NCBI RefSeq assembly: GCF_009914755.1
Contig: NC_060928.1
Origin: the human T2T-CHM13v2.0 reference genome, Homo sapiens
Length of the DNA: 64,000 bases
Direction: 5' to 3' (one strand)
Numbering within the stretch: the stretch's first letter is position 1; every line of letters begins with the position of its first letter. Made by a program: the position numbers and the translations under genes. Shown in pieces: positions 42,878 to 55,699 of the stretch. The notes under the pieces were generated by a model. It was not told the origin of the DNA. It worked only from the letters and a program-made list of their open reading frames with translations, and did no database searches.

Positions 42878-43129
42878 ATTTTTTTTTTTTTGAGAGCTCA
42901 CTGCAAGCTCCTCCTCCCAGGTTCACACCACTCTCCTGCCTCAGCCTCCTGAGTAGCTGGGACTACAGACAGGCACCTGCCACCGCACCCAGCTAATTTT
43001 TCTGTATTTTTAGTAGAGATGGGGTTTCACTGTATTCGGCAGGATGGTCTCGAACCCCTGACCTTGTGATCTGCCCTCCTTGGCCTCCCAAAGTGCTGGG
43101 ATTACAGGCGTGAGCCACCGCACCCAGCC
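42878..43129 (-). mobile_element. AluY-like element with an internal deletion, in the UGT2B4 promoter
   Basis: GCAAGCTCC and GGATGGTCTCG diagnostics. About 50 nt are missing next to the tail. Confidence 0.9.
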
Positions 43130-43703
43130 CTAGATTTTTAAGTGCTGTAATTCAGCTAATATCAATGATCTTGGATGGACTCATCACCTGACTCATGTAA
43201 TATATTTCAAAATAGTGTGCATAAGAGTAGCAGTGAGAGGCTCATGTTCCTGCAGTCTCTTTGACACAGAACTAAAGATAAAATAGCTAAATGTGGTTCA
43301 AAAACTTTTGTAAATTTGTTGACGTATAATTCAGATATCATACAAATTATCAATTATTGTGTAAAATTTAATGTTTCATAGTATATTCACAGAATTGTGC
43401 TTCTACCGTAAGAGTCAATTTTAGAGAACTCTTATCTCCTAAAAATAAACCCTATAAGCTTTAGCCTTTTACTCCCTACCCCTTCTTTCTGCATTTGTCC
43501 TATCCTGGGCAACTGCTACTTGAATTTCTGTCTCTATAGATTTGCCTATTCTGGACATTTTTTAAATACATGGAATCACACAATATGTGATATTTTATGG
43601 CTGGCTTATTTTACTTAGCATAATATTTTAAAGGTTCATTTATGATATAGCATTTACGTGTTGATTCTTACAACCATCATGTATGATTTAGAGAGTTTCA
43701 AGA

Positions 43704-44326
43704 TGAAACTATTCCTATAGACTTTGTTGAATTAATGAAGGACAAAGGGAGGGGAAAAAAAAAAACAAAAGTAAACCAAGCCTGTAGTACATTCAGTATT
43801 AATTATTACATTAGCTTGCTCTCTGACTCGCTTCCTAATAGTTTTTTGGCTATTGTCTTAGAATTATGCAGACATTGTTACAAGATTAAAGTTCATCTTA
43901 ACTGTTCTATAGATAATAACTTAAACATTTTGAAATGTGGTTTTCTCTTTGAGGTATTCCTTCAGGTCCAGCATACTGATGAAACTACTGACTCAGCTGG
44001 TCTGAGGGACCTCCCTGATGCCAGCTGCTCTCAAGGACCCCACAAGGAGCTGACTCACCAAAGAATGCAGTTTCCAACTCCTACTGATTTTATCTTCATT
44101 ATCCTGACTAATCTATGACTCCAATTTTTCAGTCCATCACCCTCCATTAACCCCTTAAAAACTCCAGCCCAGATTTCCTTGAGGAGGTAAGTTTGAGGGC
44201 CTCCAACTATCTTCCTTCTCAGTGCCCTCCAATTATTATACTCTTTCTTTGTTGCAAAACATAATGTCTCATTGTAATTGGTCTATTATTGCAGAGTGGG
44301 CATATGAACCTGTTGGCCCTATAACA
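43704..44326 (+). mobile_element. Solo ERV1 LTR (LTR26-like)
   Basis: TGAAAC...ATAACA termini; TSD AAGA at 43700-43703 and 44327-44330; Tigger1 rejoins across it. Confidence 0.85.
43883..43895. promoter_or_regulatory. Degenerate DR1 / TGAACT half site, candidate FXR/PPAR-alpha response element
   Basis: TGAACT-T-TAATCT on the gene strand, about 1230 bp upstream of the ATG. This fits my recollection of the reported ~-1.19 kb bile-acid/PPAR element of UGT2B4. Confidence 0.6.
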
Positions 44327-45285
44327 AAGACTTCAGTGGAGGAAATAACTGCAGATGTGGTGGAAATAGAAAGATAACTCAAATTAGAAGTGGAACTTGA
44401 AGACGTAAGTAAACTGCTGCAATCTCGTGATAAAACAAATACATGAGGAGTTACTTCTTATGGAAGAGAAAAGAAAGTTGTTTCTTGAGATTGAATCTAC
44501 TCCTGGTGAAGATTATGTGAACATTGCTGAAATGACAACAATAGATTTAGAATATGACTTAAATTTACTTAATAAAGCAGCATTAGACTTTCAGAGGATT
44601 GATTCCAGTTTTGAAAGAAGTACCACTATGGGAAAATTGCTATCAAACAAAAATGTATGCTAAACAGAAATCTTTTGTGAAAAGAAGGGTTAGTGGATGT
44701 GGCATATGCCATTGTTTTCTTACCCTTAAGAAAGTGCCACAGTCACGCCAACTACTAGCAGTCACTACTCTGATGAGTTAGTAGCCAACAACATTAATGC
44801 AAGACTCTCCACGAAGAAAAAGTTTACAACTCACTGAAGGCTGAGATGAGTGTTACTACTTTTAGCAAAGAAGTGTTTTTAATTAAGGTGTGTACTTTTT
44901 TTGAACTTAATACTACCACAGAATTAATAGACTGCAGCATTGTGTAAACATAACTTTTATGTGCCAGAGAAACCAAAACAAATTGTGTGACTCACTTTAT
45001 TGCATGTTTTGCTTTATTGTAGTAGCCTGGAACCAAATCTGCAACATCTCAGAAGTATTTCTTGTGTTAGCAAAATCACTTAATATGAGGTATACTCTTG
45101 AAAATTATTATAAGTGGGGGAGTGGGCAAGATGGCCAACTAGAAGCAGCTCATATGCATGGCTCTTGTGGAGAGAAACAGATGGAGTGAGTAAATACAGC
45201 ACCTTCAGCTGAAACATTCAGATACTTGCATTGGGACTAATCAAGGAAGCAACTGATACACAGAGAATGGAGAAAAACAAGACAG

Positions 45286-47439
45286 CTATGAATCCATTTG
45301 ATTTTGGGCTTTTTTTTTTTTTTGGTTGATTGGTAGGGTATTTATTACTGCCTCCATTTCAGAACTTGTTATAGGTCTCATCTTATTCTCAGTTCATCTT
45401 TGGGAGGGTGTATGTGTCAAGGAATTTATCTACTTCTAGATTTTCTAGTTTATTTGCATAGAAGTGTTTATAGTATTCTCTGATGGTGGTTTGTGTTTCT
45501 ATGGAGTCAGTGGTCATATCCCCTTTTATCATTTTTTATTGTGTCTATTTGATTCTTCTCTCTTTTCCTCTTTATTAGTCTAGACTGCTGTCTATTTTAT
45601 TTTATTTTTTCAAGAAACAGCTCCTGGATTTGTTGATTTTTTGAATAGTTTTTCATGTTTCTATCTCCTTCAGCACCACTCTGATCTTAGTTATTTCTTG
45701 TCTTCTGCTAGCTTTGGGGTTTGTTTGCACTTGGCTCTCTAGTTCTTTTAGTTGCGATATATGTGTCAATTTGAGGACTGTCAAGCTTTTTGATGTGGGA
45801 ATTTAGTCCTTTAAATTTCCCGCTTAGCAATGCTTTAGCCGCATCTCAGAGATTCTGTTATATTGTCTTTTTGTTCTCACTGGTTTGAAAGAACTTCTTG
45901 ATTTCTGCCTTAATTTCATTACTTACTCAGGAGTCATTCAAGAGCAGGTTGTTCAATTTCCCTGTAGTTGTGGGGTTTTAAGTGAGTTTCTTAATCTTAG
46001 GTTCCGATTTGATTGTGCTGTGGTCGGAGACACTGCTTATTATGATTTCAGTTATTTTCATTTGCTAAGGAGTGTTTTACTTCCATTTCTGTGATTGATT
46101 TTAGAGTAAGTGCAATGCGGTACAAAGAACAATGTATATTCTGTTGTCTCTGGGTGAGGAATTATGTAGATATCTGTCACGTCCACTTGATCCAGAGTTG
46201 AGTTCAAGTCCTGAACATTGTTGTTAATTTTCTGTTTTGAAACTCTGTCTAATATTGACAGTGGGGTGTTAAAGTCTCCCACAATTATTGTGTGGGAGTC
46301 TAAGTCTCTTTGTAAGTCTCTAAGAACTTGCTTCATGAGTCTGGGTGCTTCTGTATTGGGTGCATATATATTTAGGATAGTTAGCTCTTCTTGTTGAATT
46401 GAACCCTTTACCATTATGTAATAGCCTTCTTTATCTTTCTTGATCTTTTTGGTTTAAAGTCTCTTTTGTCAGAAATTAGGATAGCAAGACCTGCTTCTTT
46501 CTGCTTTCTATTTGCTTGGTAAATTTTCTTCCATCCCTTTATTTTGAGCCTATGTGTGTCTTTGCAAGTGAGATGGGTCTGTTGCATACAGCATGCTGAT
46601 GGGTCCTGACTCTTTATCCAGCTTGTCATTCAGTATTTTTTAATTGGGGCATTTAGCCCATTTACTTTTAAGGTTAATATTGTCATAATCCAGTTACTGA
46701 GTATATACCCAAAGAATATAAATTATTGTATTTTAAAGATACATGCACACATATGTTCATTGCTGCACTATGCACAATAGCAAAGAGATAGAATCAACCC
46801 AAATGCCCATCAATGATAGACTGGATAAAGAAAATGTGGTACATATACACTGTGGAATACTATGAAGACATAAACAAGAATGAGATCATGTCCATTGCAG
46901 GGACATGGATGCAGCTCGAAGCCATTATCCTCAGCAAACTAACACAGAATCAGACAACCAAATACCACATGTTTTCACTTATAAGTCAGAACTGAACAAT
47001 GAGAACACGTGGACACATGGAGGGGAACAACACACACTGGGGCCTGTTGGGATAGGGAAGGGAGGGCATCAGGATAAATAGCTAATGCATTCCGGGCTTA
47101 ATACTTCGGTGATGGGTTGATAGCTGCAGCAAACCACCATGGCACATATTTACCTATGTAACAAACCTGCACATCCTGGACATGTATCCTGAAACTTAAG
47201 ACAAAACAAATACAATGAAGAACAACAACAAAAATAAATTATTAATAAATGACCTTTGAACAAGGAAAGGAAGAAGAAAGGAAGAAAAGAAAGAAAGCAA
47301 GAAAGAAAGAAGGAAGGAAGGAAAGAAAGAAAGAAAGAAGAAAGAAAGAAAGACAAGAAAGAAAGCAAGAAAAGAAAGCAAGAAAGCAAGAAAGCAAGCA
47401 AGAAAGCAAGAAAGCAAGAAAGCAAGAAAGCAAGAAAGC

Positions 47440-47494
<55 letters not shown>

Positions 47495-47515
47495 GAAGGA
47501 AAGAAAAGAAAGCAA
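45286..47515 (+). mobile_element. 5'-inverted L1 nested in the older L1 5' UTR, with its tail decayed to (GAAA)n
   Basis: Minus-strand endonuclease region at 45286-46686, plus-strand 3' end from 46687 to ~47200. The host 5' UTR resumes at ~47516. Confidence 0.8.
47262..47515 (+). repeat. Compound (GAAA)n/(GCAAGAAA)n polypurine microsatellite
   Basis: Directly visible. Confidence 0.98.
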
Positions 47516-48874
47516 GCAGGATGATGGTCCATCCAGGAGCAATGCAGAGCCAAGCAAACATCCCTGATCCAGGGAAGTGATGAGTGAATGTGCAACTCAA
47601 GGTAACATGCTTCTCCCACAGATCTCTGCAACCCTCGGGTCAGGAAGTCCCCTCATGAACCCACTCCACCAGGGCCTTAATTGTGACACACAGAGCTACA
47701 TGGAGTTTAGGCAGAGCAGCAGCTCAGGCATGTGTAGAGACCTGGGAGTTTTAGATACCCCAGCTTTCTGGGCTTCCTGGCAAAAGTAGCTGTAGTTCTG
47801 GCAAAGTGGGAGGTTAGGAATGTGACCATATTCCTAGCAAAGAGGTTGAATTCAGGCGGCCACCTGCAAGCGCCACCCTCACAACACCTCACAGGATAAG
47901 ACCCACTGGCTTGGAATTCCAGACAGTCATGGTAGCAGTGTTGTGCCTACCGGGGATGGAGCTGGGGGTTGGGTGCAGAGGGGTAGTGTGCAGTGAGGAC
48001 TGCCATTTTTACTGTTTGAGCAACTTAGCTGTTCTGCCATTTGAGCTTTGGAGAGTCCAGATGAACTGGGCCGGGGGCGGGTGGAAGGAATCCCTCAGCT
48101 GTTGCAAATCTACTCTACCTAAACTTGGCCAGACTGCTTCTTTAAGCAGGTTCCAGATCCTGTTCCTTCCTATTGGGCGGGACCTCCAAACAGGGGCTTC
48201 TAGCCACCCCAATCAGTGTTCTCCCGCCACTAGAGATTTGAAAACACCCTGGGAGAGGGCTCGCAAGAGGTGTGGGCTGCCATCTTTGCTGTTTGGGCGA
48301 CTTAGCAATTTCAACTTGGAGGCTTTGAACAGTCCAAGATGACTGGGGTGAAAGTGATAGCCCAGCACAGCAAAGCAGTCCTACAAAAATGTGTGAGCAG
48401 ACTGCTTTTTTAAGTGGATCCCTGACCCTGCTCCTCATCACTGGGTGGAGTCTCCCAACAGGGATTTTGGGTACCGCCACTGGTGTTCCTTAGCTGACAG
48501 AGTTTCCAGGTATAGGGTTAGTATAGAGCTTCTGGGGAAGGGGCAGGCTGTCATCTTTGCTGTTTGGGCAACCTAACCAATCCTGCCTTTGAGGTTTGGA
48601 GGTTCCAAGGTGACCAGGGGCTGATATGTACCCCCAGCACAGCACAGCTGCTCTATGAAAATGTGGTCAGCTGCTCTACTTAGACTCCACGTAGCTCTGT
48701 GTGTCACACTTAAGGCCCTGGTGGAGTGGGCTCATGAGGGAACTTCCTGACCCGAGGGTTGCAGAGATCTGTGGGAGAAGCATGTTACCTGGGGCTTCAC
48801 ATTGACTCATCACTTCCCTGGGAGGTTCATTTGCCTCTGCATTGCTCCTGGGTGGGACATCATCCTGCCTTGTC

Positions 48875-48912
48875 TCTCTTTCCCTTCCTTCCTTCTTTTC
48901 TTTCTTTCTTTC

Positions 48913-48971
<59 letters not shown>

Positions 48972-48999
48972 CTTTCTTTCTTTCTTCTTTCTTTTCTTC
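48875..48999 (+). repeat. (CTTT)n microsatellite, the inverted copy of the one above
   Basis: Directly visible. Confidence 0.98.
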
Positions 49000-51900
49000 A
49001 TTCAGTTGTTATTTATTAATAATTTATTTTTGTTGTTGTTGTTCATTGTATTTGTTTTATTTTAAGTTCCAGGATACATGTCCAGGATGTGAAGGTTTGT
49101 TACATAGGTAAATATGTGCCATGGTATTTTGCTGCAGCTATCAACCCATCACCGAGGTATTAACACAGTCCTTCTGACTGTGTTAGACCTCCCAACTGGG
49201 GTCTTCAGACACCTCTTAGAGGTGTGTTTGGGCCAGCAACAGGTCTGTACCTCCCTGGTACAGAGCTATTCGGAAAAAGGGCAGGCTGCCATCTTTGCTG
49301 TTTCTCATATTTCACTGGTAATACCTTCAGGTACTGGAAAATCTGAGGCAACTAGGGACTGGAGTGGGCCCCCAGCATACTGCAGCAGCCCTACAGAAAA
49401 GTGACCAGACTGTAATGTGGTTGCCTGTTCCCATATCTCCTCACCAGGCAGATCTCCCAAGCCTGGGCCTCTAGCCACTCCCTGCCAGAACTATTGAGCT
49501 ATTAGCGACTTGGAAACTCCCTGGACAGAGCCTCCAGGGGCCCCTGAAAGCCTCTCTGCCACAGCTTCTGTGGTGGAATTTACCTTGCTACCCTCAGACT
49601 ACCAAAGGATCAAAGACCCTAAATGCCATATTCACACCCCCAACAAGCTCCAGTTGGTTCAGGAAGAGGAGGCCTGACCATCCCCCATGGATCCCACACA
49701 TCTCACTGCTAGTCACAAAACAGGGAACCCCTGGCTTGGGCCCACAGAACAGCGTCTCCATCCTGGGATGATTGCATTGAGTGATTGCTGACCAGCACCT
49801 CTCTGGTATGGATCCTCCAGGAGACAAGCAAAGTAGTGGAGCAGTAAGCCAGCTGATGTGAAGCCAAGAGGGGTTGGTGTGGGAGCATCTGTAGCAAAGT
49901 GTGACCATCAAAGGCCATCTCTTTAGGCTTAACTTGGTCACATAATAGACTTTAGCCCTAGGGGAACTGTCAAACCTGGTCTTTTCCGGGCAATTCTGCA
50001 CATCAGATGAGGCTGGTTCAACTTGAGCACTCCTTGGACTTCTGCCCTTCCCCAGGGCCCCAGCCTGGCCATGACTGCTTACAGGGTAGTCTTTGGTGCC
50101 CTGGGGGCTCACACCATAGCTTCTGCAGCAGTGGACTGTGCCTGACTGGAGAACTCCAGCAAGGTGGCCCCTATAGCCATGCACCCAGTCTACATGTTCT
50201 CTCCCAAGACTGCAGCTTCTCCTGAGTCCACAGCAACTTCCCATGCCACTGTGCTGATGCAAATCTGCATGAGTGAGTTTAGCTTTACTTGCCCCAGCAG
50301 CACACAGGAGTGCAGTACACCCTCCTACTGCACCCCTCCCCTCTACTGACAGCCTTTGCAGATGTAGCCTTGGCAGGCACAGAACCAGACAGCCCTGACC
50401 CTGCCAGTCCCCCACCCTTGTGCTAAAGCTGCACAGAGAACAGGAAATCCTCCCATAACCTAAGTGATCACTCTTAACTTGTGGAGCACAGAGAAGAGAC
50501 TCAGAATTGTGCTGCCCAGCAACCCACCCTAATCCAACACCACCTCCACTGTAACAGCACACAGTCTCCAGCAGGGGCCTTCCACTCCTCCTCCAGTTGC
50601 CTTGCTTCAGCCTTCGTGATGAGCAACCATAGTGAGGCAGACACCTCTGCATTCACTAGCACTCTGCTGCAGCTGCTTCACCTGGGCCACCGCAGCTCAG
50701 AAGACTCAAAACCTTGAGGAGCCAGAGAACAAAGTTGAGACCCAATAGAAGTCCACTGGAGTTAAAGCACGTGGTCCAGGAGTTGGGAACAGAATGTTGG
50801 TCCCCCAAAATCTTCCAGAAACAAAGCCAATTGGCTGAATTCACCTTATATCACAATGAACCCTCAAGGTAATTAAATAAGATAAAAAAGAAAAATAAGC
50901 AAAGGTCAGCAACCTCAAAAATTGATGACAGGCCCACAAAGGTAAAAAATTATTGCAAGAATGCTGAAAACTCAAAAAGCCACAGTACCTTCCCTCATCC
51001 AATGACCACATCACCTCTCCAGCAAAGGTTCAGAACCAGGCTGAGGCTAAGATGGCTGACATGACAGAAGTAAAATTCAGAATATGGATAGAAATGCAGT
51101 TCACTAAGCTAAACAAGTACATTGTAACCCAAAAACAAGAAAGTCAAAAATGATAATAAATTATCATAGGAGCAAAATATAGTATAAAGAACTCTACTTT
51201 ACAAAGTAACCAGTATAAAGAAGAATGTAACCAATCTGATAGAGCTGGAAATTATACCACATGAATTTCATAATGAAATCACAAGTATTAACAGCAGAAT
51301 AGACCAAGCAAAGAAAAAAATCTCAGAGCTTGAAGACTGGCTTTCTGAATTAAGATAAGCAGACAAAAATAGAAAAAGAAAGAATGAAAAGGAATGAATG
51401 AAACCTCCAAAAAATATGAGATTTTGTAAAGAGACTAAATCTACAACTAACTGGAGTGCCTGAAAGATATGGGGACAATGGAATCAACTTGGAAACCATA
51501 TTTCGGTACCATCCCTGAGAATTTTCCCTACCTAGCTAGAGAGACCAACATTCAAATTCAGAAAATGCAGAGAACCCCAGTAAGATACTCCATGAGAAGA
51601 TTATCATCAAGACACAAAATTATCAGATTCTTCTTGGTAGAAATGAAAAAAAAACAAATGTTACAGAAAGATAGTGAGAAAGACCAGGTCACCTACAAAG
51701 GGAAGCCCATAAAACTAACAGTGTACCTCTCAGCTGAAACCCTATAAGTCAGAAGAGATTGGGGGCCATTATTCAATATCTGGCCAAACTAAGCTTTATA
51801 AGTAAAGGAAAAATAAGATATTTTTTAGGCAAGCTAAGGCTGAAGGAATCTGTTACCACCACACCTGCCTTACAAAAGCTTCTTAAGGAAGCACTAAATG

Positions 51901-54900
51901 TAGAAGGAAAAAAAAGAAAACATTTCCAACCATTACAAAAGCACACTGAAGTACACATGCTAGTGACACTATAAATCAACCACATACACAAGTCTACAAA
52001 ATAACCAGCTAACATCATGATGGCAGGATCAAATCCACACATATCAATATTAACCTTAAATGTATATGGGCTAAATGACCTAATCAAAAAATACAGAGGG
52101 GTAAGCTGGTTAAAGAACCAAGACCCATTGGTATGCTGTATTTAAGAAACCAATCTCACCTGCAATGGCATACATAGGCTCAAAATAAATGAATGGAGAA
52201 AAATCTACCAAACAGATAAAAAACAGAAAAAAACCATATATTTCAATCCTACTTTCTGACAAAACAGAATTTAAACAAAAAACGAAAAAGAGAAGAACAC
52301 TGCATAATGGTAAAGAGTTTAATTCAACAAGAAGATCTAATTATCCTAAATATAAATGCACCCAACACAGGAGCACCCAGATTCATAAAGCAAGTTCTTA
52401 CAGACCTGCAAAGAGACTTAGACTCCCACACAATAATAGTGGGACACTTTAATTCCCCCGTGGCAATATTAAACATATCATCAAGGCAGAAAACTAGCAA
52501 ATATTTAGGATATGAACTCAGCAGTAGATCAAATAAACCTGATAGATATCTGCAGAACTCTCCACCCCAAACAGAAGAATATACATTTTTCTCATTGCCA
52601 CAGGACACTTTCTCTTTAATTGATTACATAATCAGAAGTGAAACACTCTTTAGAAAACACGAAAGAATTGAAAGTGTAACAAATAATCTCTTGGACTACA
52701 GTCCAATCAACTTAGAAATCCAGACTAAGAAATTTACTCAAAACCATACAATTACATTGAACGACTTTTGGGCAAATAATGACTACTCCTGAATGACTTT
52801 TGGGCAAATAATGAAATTAAGACAGAAATCAAGAAGATCTTTGAAACTAATGAGAACAAAGATACAACATGCCAAAATCTCTAGGATAAACCCAAGCAGT
52901 GTTAAGAGGAAAATGTATAGGACTAAATGCCCGCATTGGAAAGCTAGAAAAATCTCAAATTAACAACCTGAAAATCACAACTAAAAGAACAGAGAACCAA
53001 GAGCAAAAAAAATTCCAAAGCTAGCAGAAGCAAGAAATAATGAAAATCAGAGATGAACTGAAAGAGATACAGACACAATAAAAAACATTCAAACGAAAAA
53101 TGAATCAAGAATCTGGGTATTTTTTTGAAACAAATTAACAAAATAGAATTCTAGCTACAATAATAAAGAAAAAAGAGAGAAGATTCAAATAAACACAATC
53201 AGAAATGACAAGGAGGAGATTAGCACAGACTTGACAGAAATAAAAACAACCATCAGAGAATATTATGAACACCTCTATGCACAAGAACTACAAAATGTAG
53301 AATAAATGGTTCCTGGAATTATATACCCTCCAAAGACTAAACCCAGAAGAAATTGAATTGCTGAACAGACCAATAACAAGTTCTAAAATTGAAGCTGTAA
53401 TAAATAGCCTACCACCCAAACAAAGCCTAGGACCAGATAGATTCACAGCTAAATGGTGCCAGGCATAAAAAAGAAGACCTGGTATTATTTCTACTAAACC
53501 TATTTCAAAGAATTGTGGAAAAGGGACTCCTCCCTAAGTCATTTTATGAGGCCAGCATCATCCTAACACCAAAACCTGGCAGAGATGTAACAAAAAATGA
53601 AAACTTCAAGCCAATATCCTTGGTAAACCTCAATACAAATATCCTCAACAACACACTGGCAAGCTGAATTCAGCAGCATATCAAAAAGCTTTATCCACCA
53701 TGATCAAGTAGGCATTATCCCCAGGATGCAAGGTTGACTCAGCCTACGGAAATAAATAAATGTGACTCTTCATATAAACAGAACTAAATACAAAAACTAC
53801 ATGATTATCTCAATAGATGCAGAAGAGGCCTTCGATAAAATTCAGCATTCATTTATGTTAAAAACTCTTTATAAGCTAGGTATTGAAGGAACATACCTCA
53901 AAATAAAAAGAGACATCTATGACAAACCCACAGTCAACATCATACTGAATGGGCAAAAGCTGGAGAGATTTCCCTTGAAAACCTCCACAAGACAAGGATG
54001 CCCTCTCACCTCTCCTAATCAACATAGTATTGGAAGTTCTGGTCAGGGCCATCAGGCGAGTGAAAGAAATAAAGTGTATTCAAATAGAAAGAGAGGAAAT
54101 CAAATTATCTTTATTTGCAGATGACATAATCCTATATCTAGAAAACTCCATCGTCTCGGGCCAAAAGCTTTTTAAGGTGATAATTTCAGAGAAGTCTCAG
54201 GATGAAAATTCAATGTGCAGAAATCACTAGCATTTTTATGCACCAGCAAGAGCCAAGCCAAGATCCAAATCAGAAACAAACTCTCATTCACAGTTGCCAC
54301 AAAAAGAATAAAATACCAAGGAATACAGATAGGTGAAAGATCTCCAAAATAACCAACCAAACAAACAAACAAGTACTGCCGAAAGAAATTAGAGATGACA
54401 CAAACAAATAGAAAAACATTCCATGCTCATGAATAGGAAGAGTCAATATTGTTAAGATGGCCATACTGTACAAAGCCATATGTAGAACACTAGAACTGGA
54501 TCCCGTCCTTACACCATATACAAAAATCAACTCAAGATGGATTAAAGACTTAAATGTAAAACCCAAAACTATAAAAACCCTGGAAGACAAACTATGCAAT
54601 AGCATTCAGAATATAGACACGGGCAAATATTTCATGACGAAACTCCAAAAGCAATTACAATAAAAGCAAAAATTGACAAATGACATCTAACTAAACTAAA
54701 GAACTTTTGCACAGCAAAAGAAAATATCAACAGATTAAACAAACAACCTACAGAGTGGAAGACTTTTTTGTAAACTATGCATCTGGCTAAAATCTAACAT
54801 TCATCATCTATAAGAGACTTAAACAAATTTACTAGAAAAAATTAAAAAGTGGGCAAAGGATATAAACAGACACTTTTCAAAAGAAGATATACCTGCATCC

Positions 54901-55699
54901 AGCAATATTTGAAAAAATAGCTGAGCATCACTGATTATTAGACAAATGCAAATTAAAACCACAATGAGATACCAACTCACACCAGTTAGAATGGCTATTA
55001 TTAAAAAATAAAAAATAAATTAAAAAAACAGATGTTGGAGAGATTGGGGAGAAAAAATAAACACTATATACTTTGGGGAGTATAAATTAATTCAATCATC
55101 ATGGAAGACAGTGTGGTGATTCCTCAAAGGCCTAAAGACAGAAATACCATTTGACCCAGCAATCCCATTACTAAGTATACAGCCAAAGAAATGTAAACAA
55201 TTCTATTATAAAGAAACATGTATGCACATGTTTATTGCAGCACTGTTCACAATAGCAAAGACATGGAATCAATCTAAATGCTCATCAGTGATAGACTGGA
55301 TAAAGAATATGTGGTACCTATACACTATAGAATTCAATGCAGCCAGGAAAAAAAGAATGAGATTATGTCCTTTGCAGGGACATGGATGGAGTTGGATGCC
55401 ATTATTCTCAACAAACTAACGCAGCAGCAGAAAACCAAATACTGCAGGTCCTTATCTGTAAGTGGCAGCTAAATGATGAGAACACATGGACACATAGAAG
55501 GGAACAAAAGACACTAGGGTCTATTTGAGGCTGAAGAGCGGGAGGAGGGAGAGGATCAGAAAAAATAACTACAGGGCACTAGGCTTAATACCCGGCTGAT
55601 AAAATATTATGCACAGCAAACCCCATGACATAAGTTTACCTATATAAACCTGTACATGCACCCCTGAACTTAAAATAAAAAGCATATATATTACGTGTA

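Larger units (their letters stand above)
43660..45064 (+). mobile_element. Tigger1 3' portion split by an LTR
   Basis: TTCAAGA|CTTCAGTGGAGGAAATAACTGCAGATGTGGTGG; transposase C-terminal remnant in ORF 44427-44663; TIR-like end at ~45064. Confidence 0.85.
45116..55682 (+). mobile_element. Degenerate near-full-length primate L1 (5' UTR, ORF1, ORF2, 3' UTR) with nested insertions
   Basis: GGGGG...CAAGATGGCCAACTAGAAGCAGC start; ORF1 remnants at ~51000-51970; endonuclease/RT remnants at 52017-55470; A-tail at ~55680. Many stops. Confidence 0.9.

Noticed and set aside
47150-47631. Lys/Arg/Glu-rich and Phe/Leu/Ser-rich ORFs (also 48759-49111)
   Set aside because: Translations of (GAAA)n/(CTTT)n microsatellites.
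49594-50652. Longest ORF (352 aa, minus strand)
   Set aside because: Lies antisense within a GC-rich old L1 5' UTR, has no recognisable domain, and is most likely open by chance.
45116-55682. Potentially active full-length L1
   Set aside because: Many stops and frameshifts, an internal ORF2 deletion near 54470, and nested insertions.
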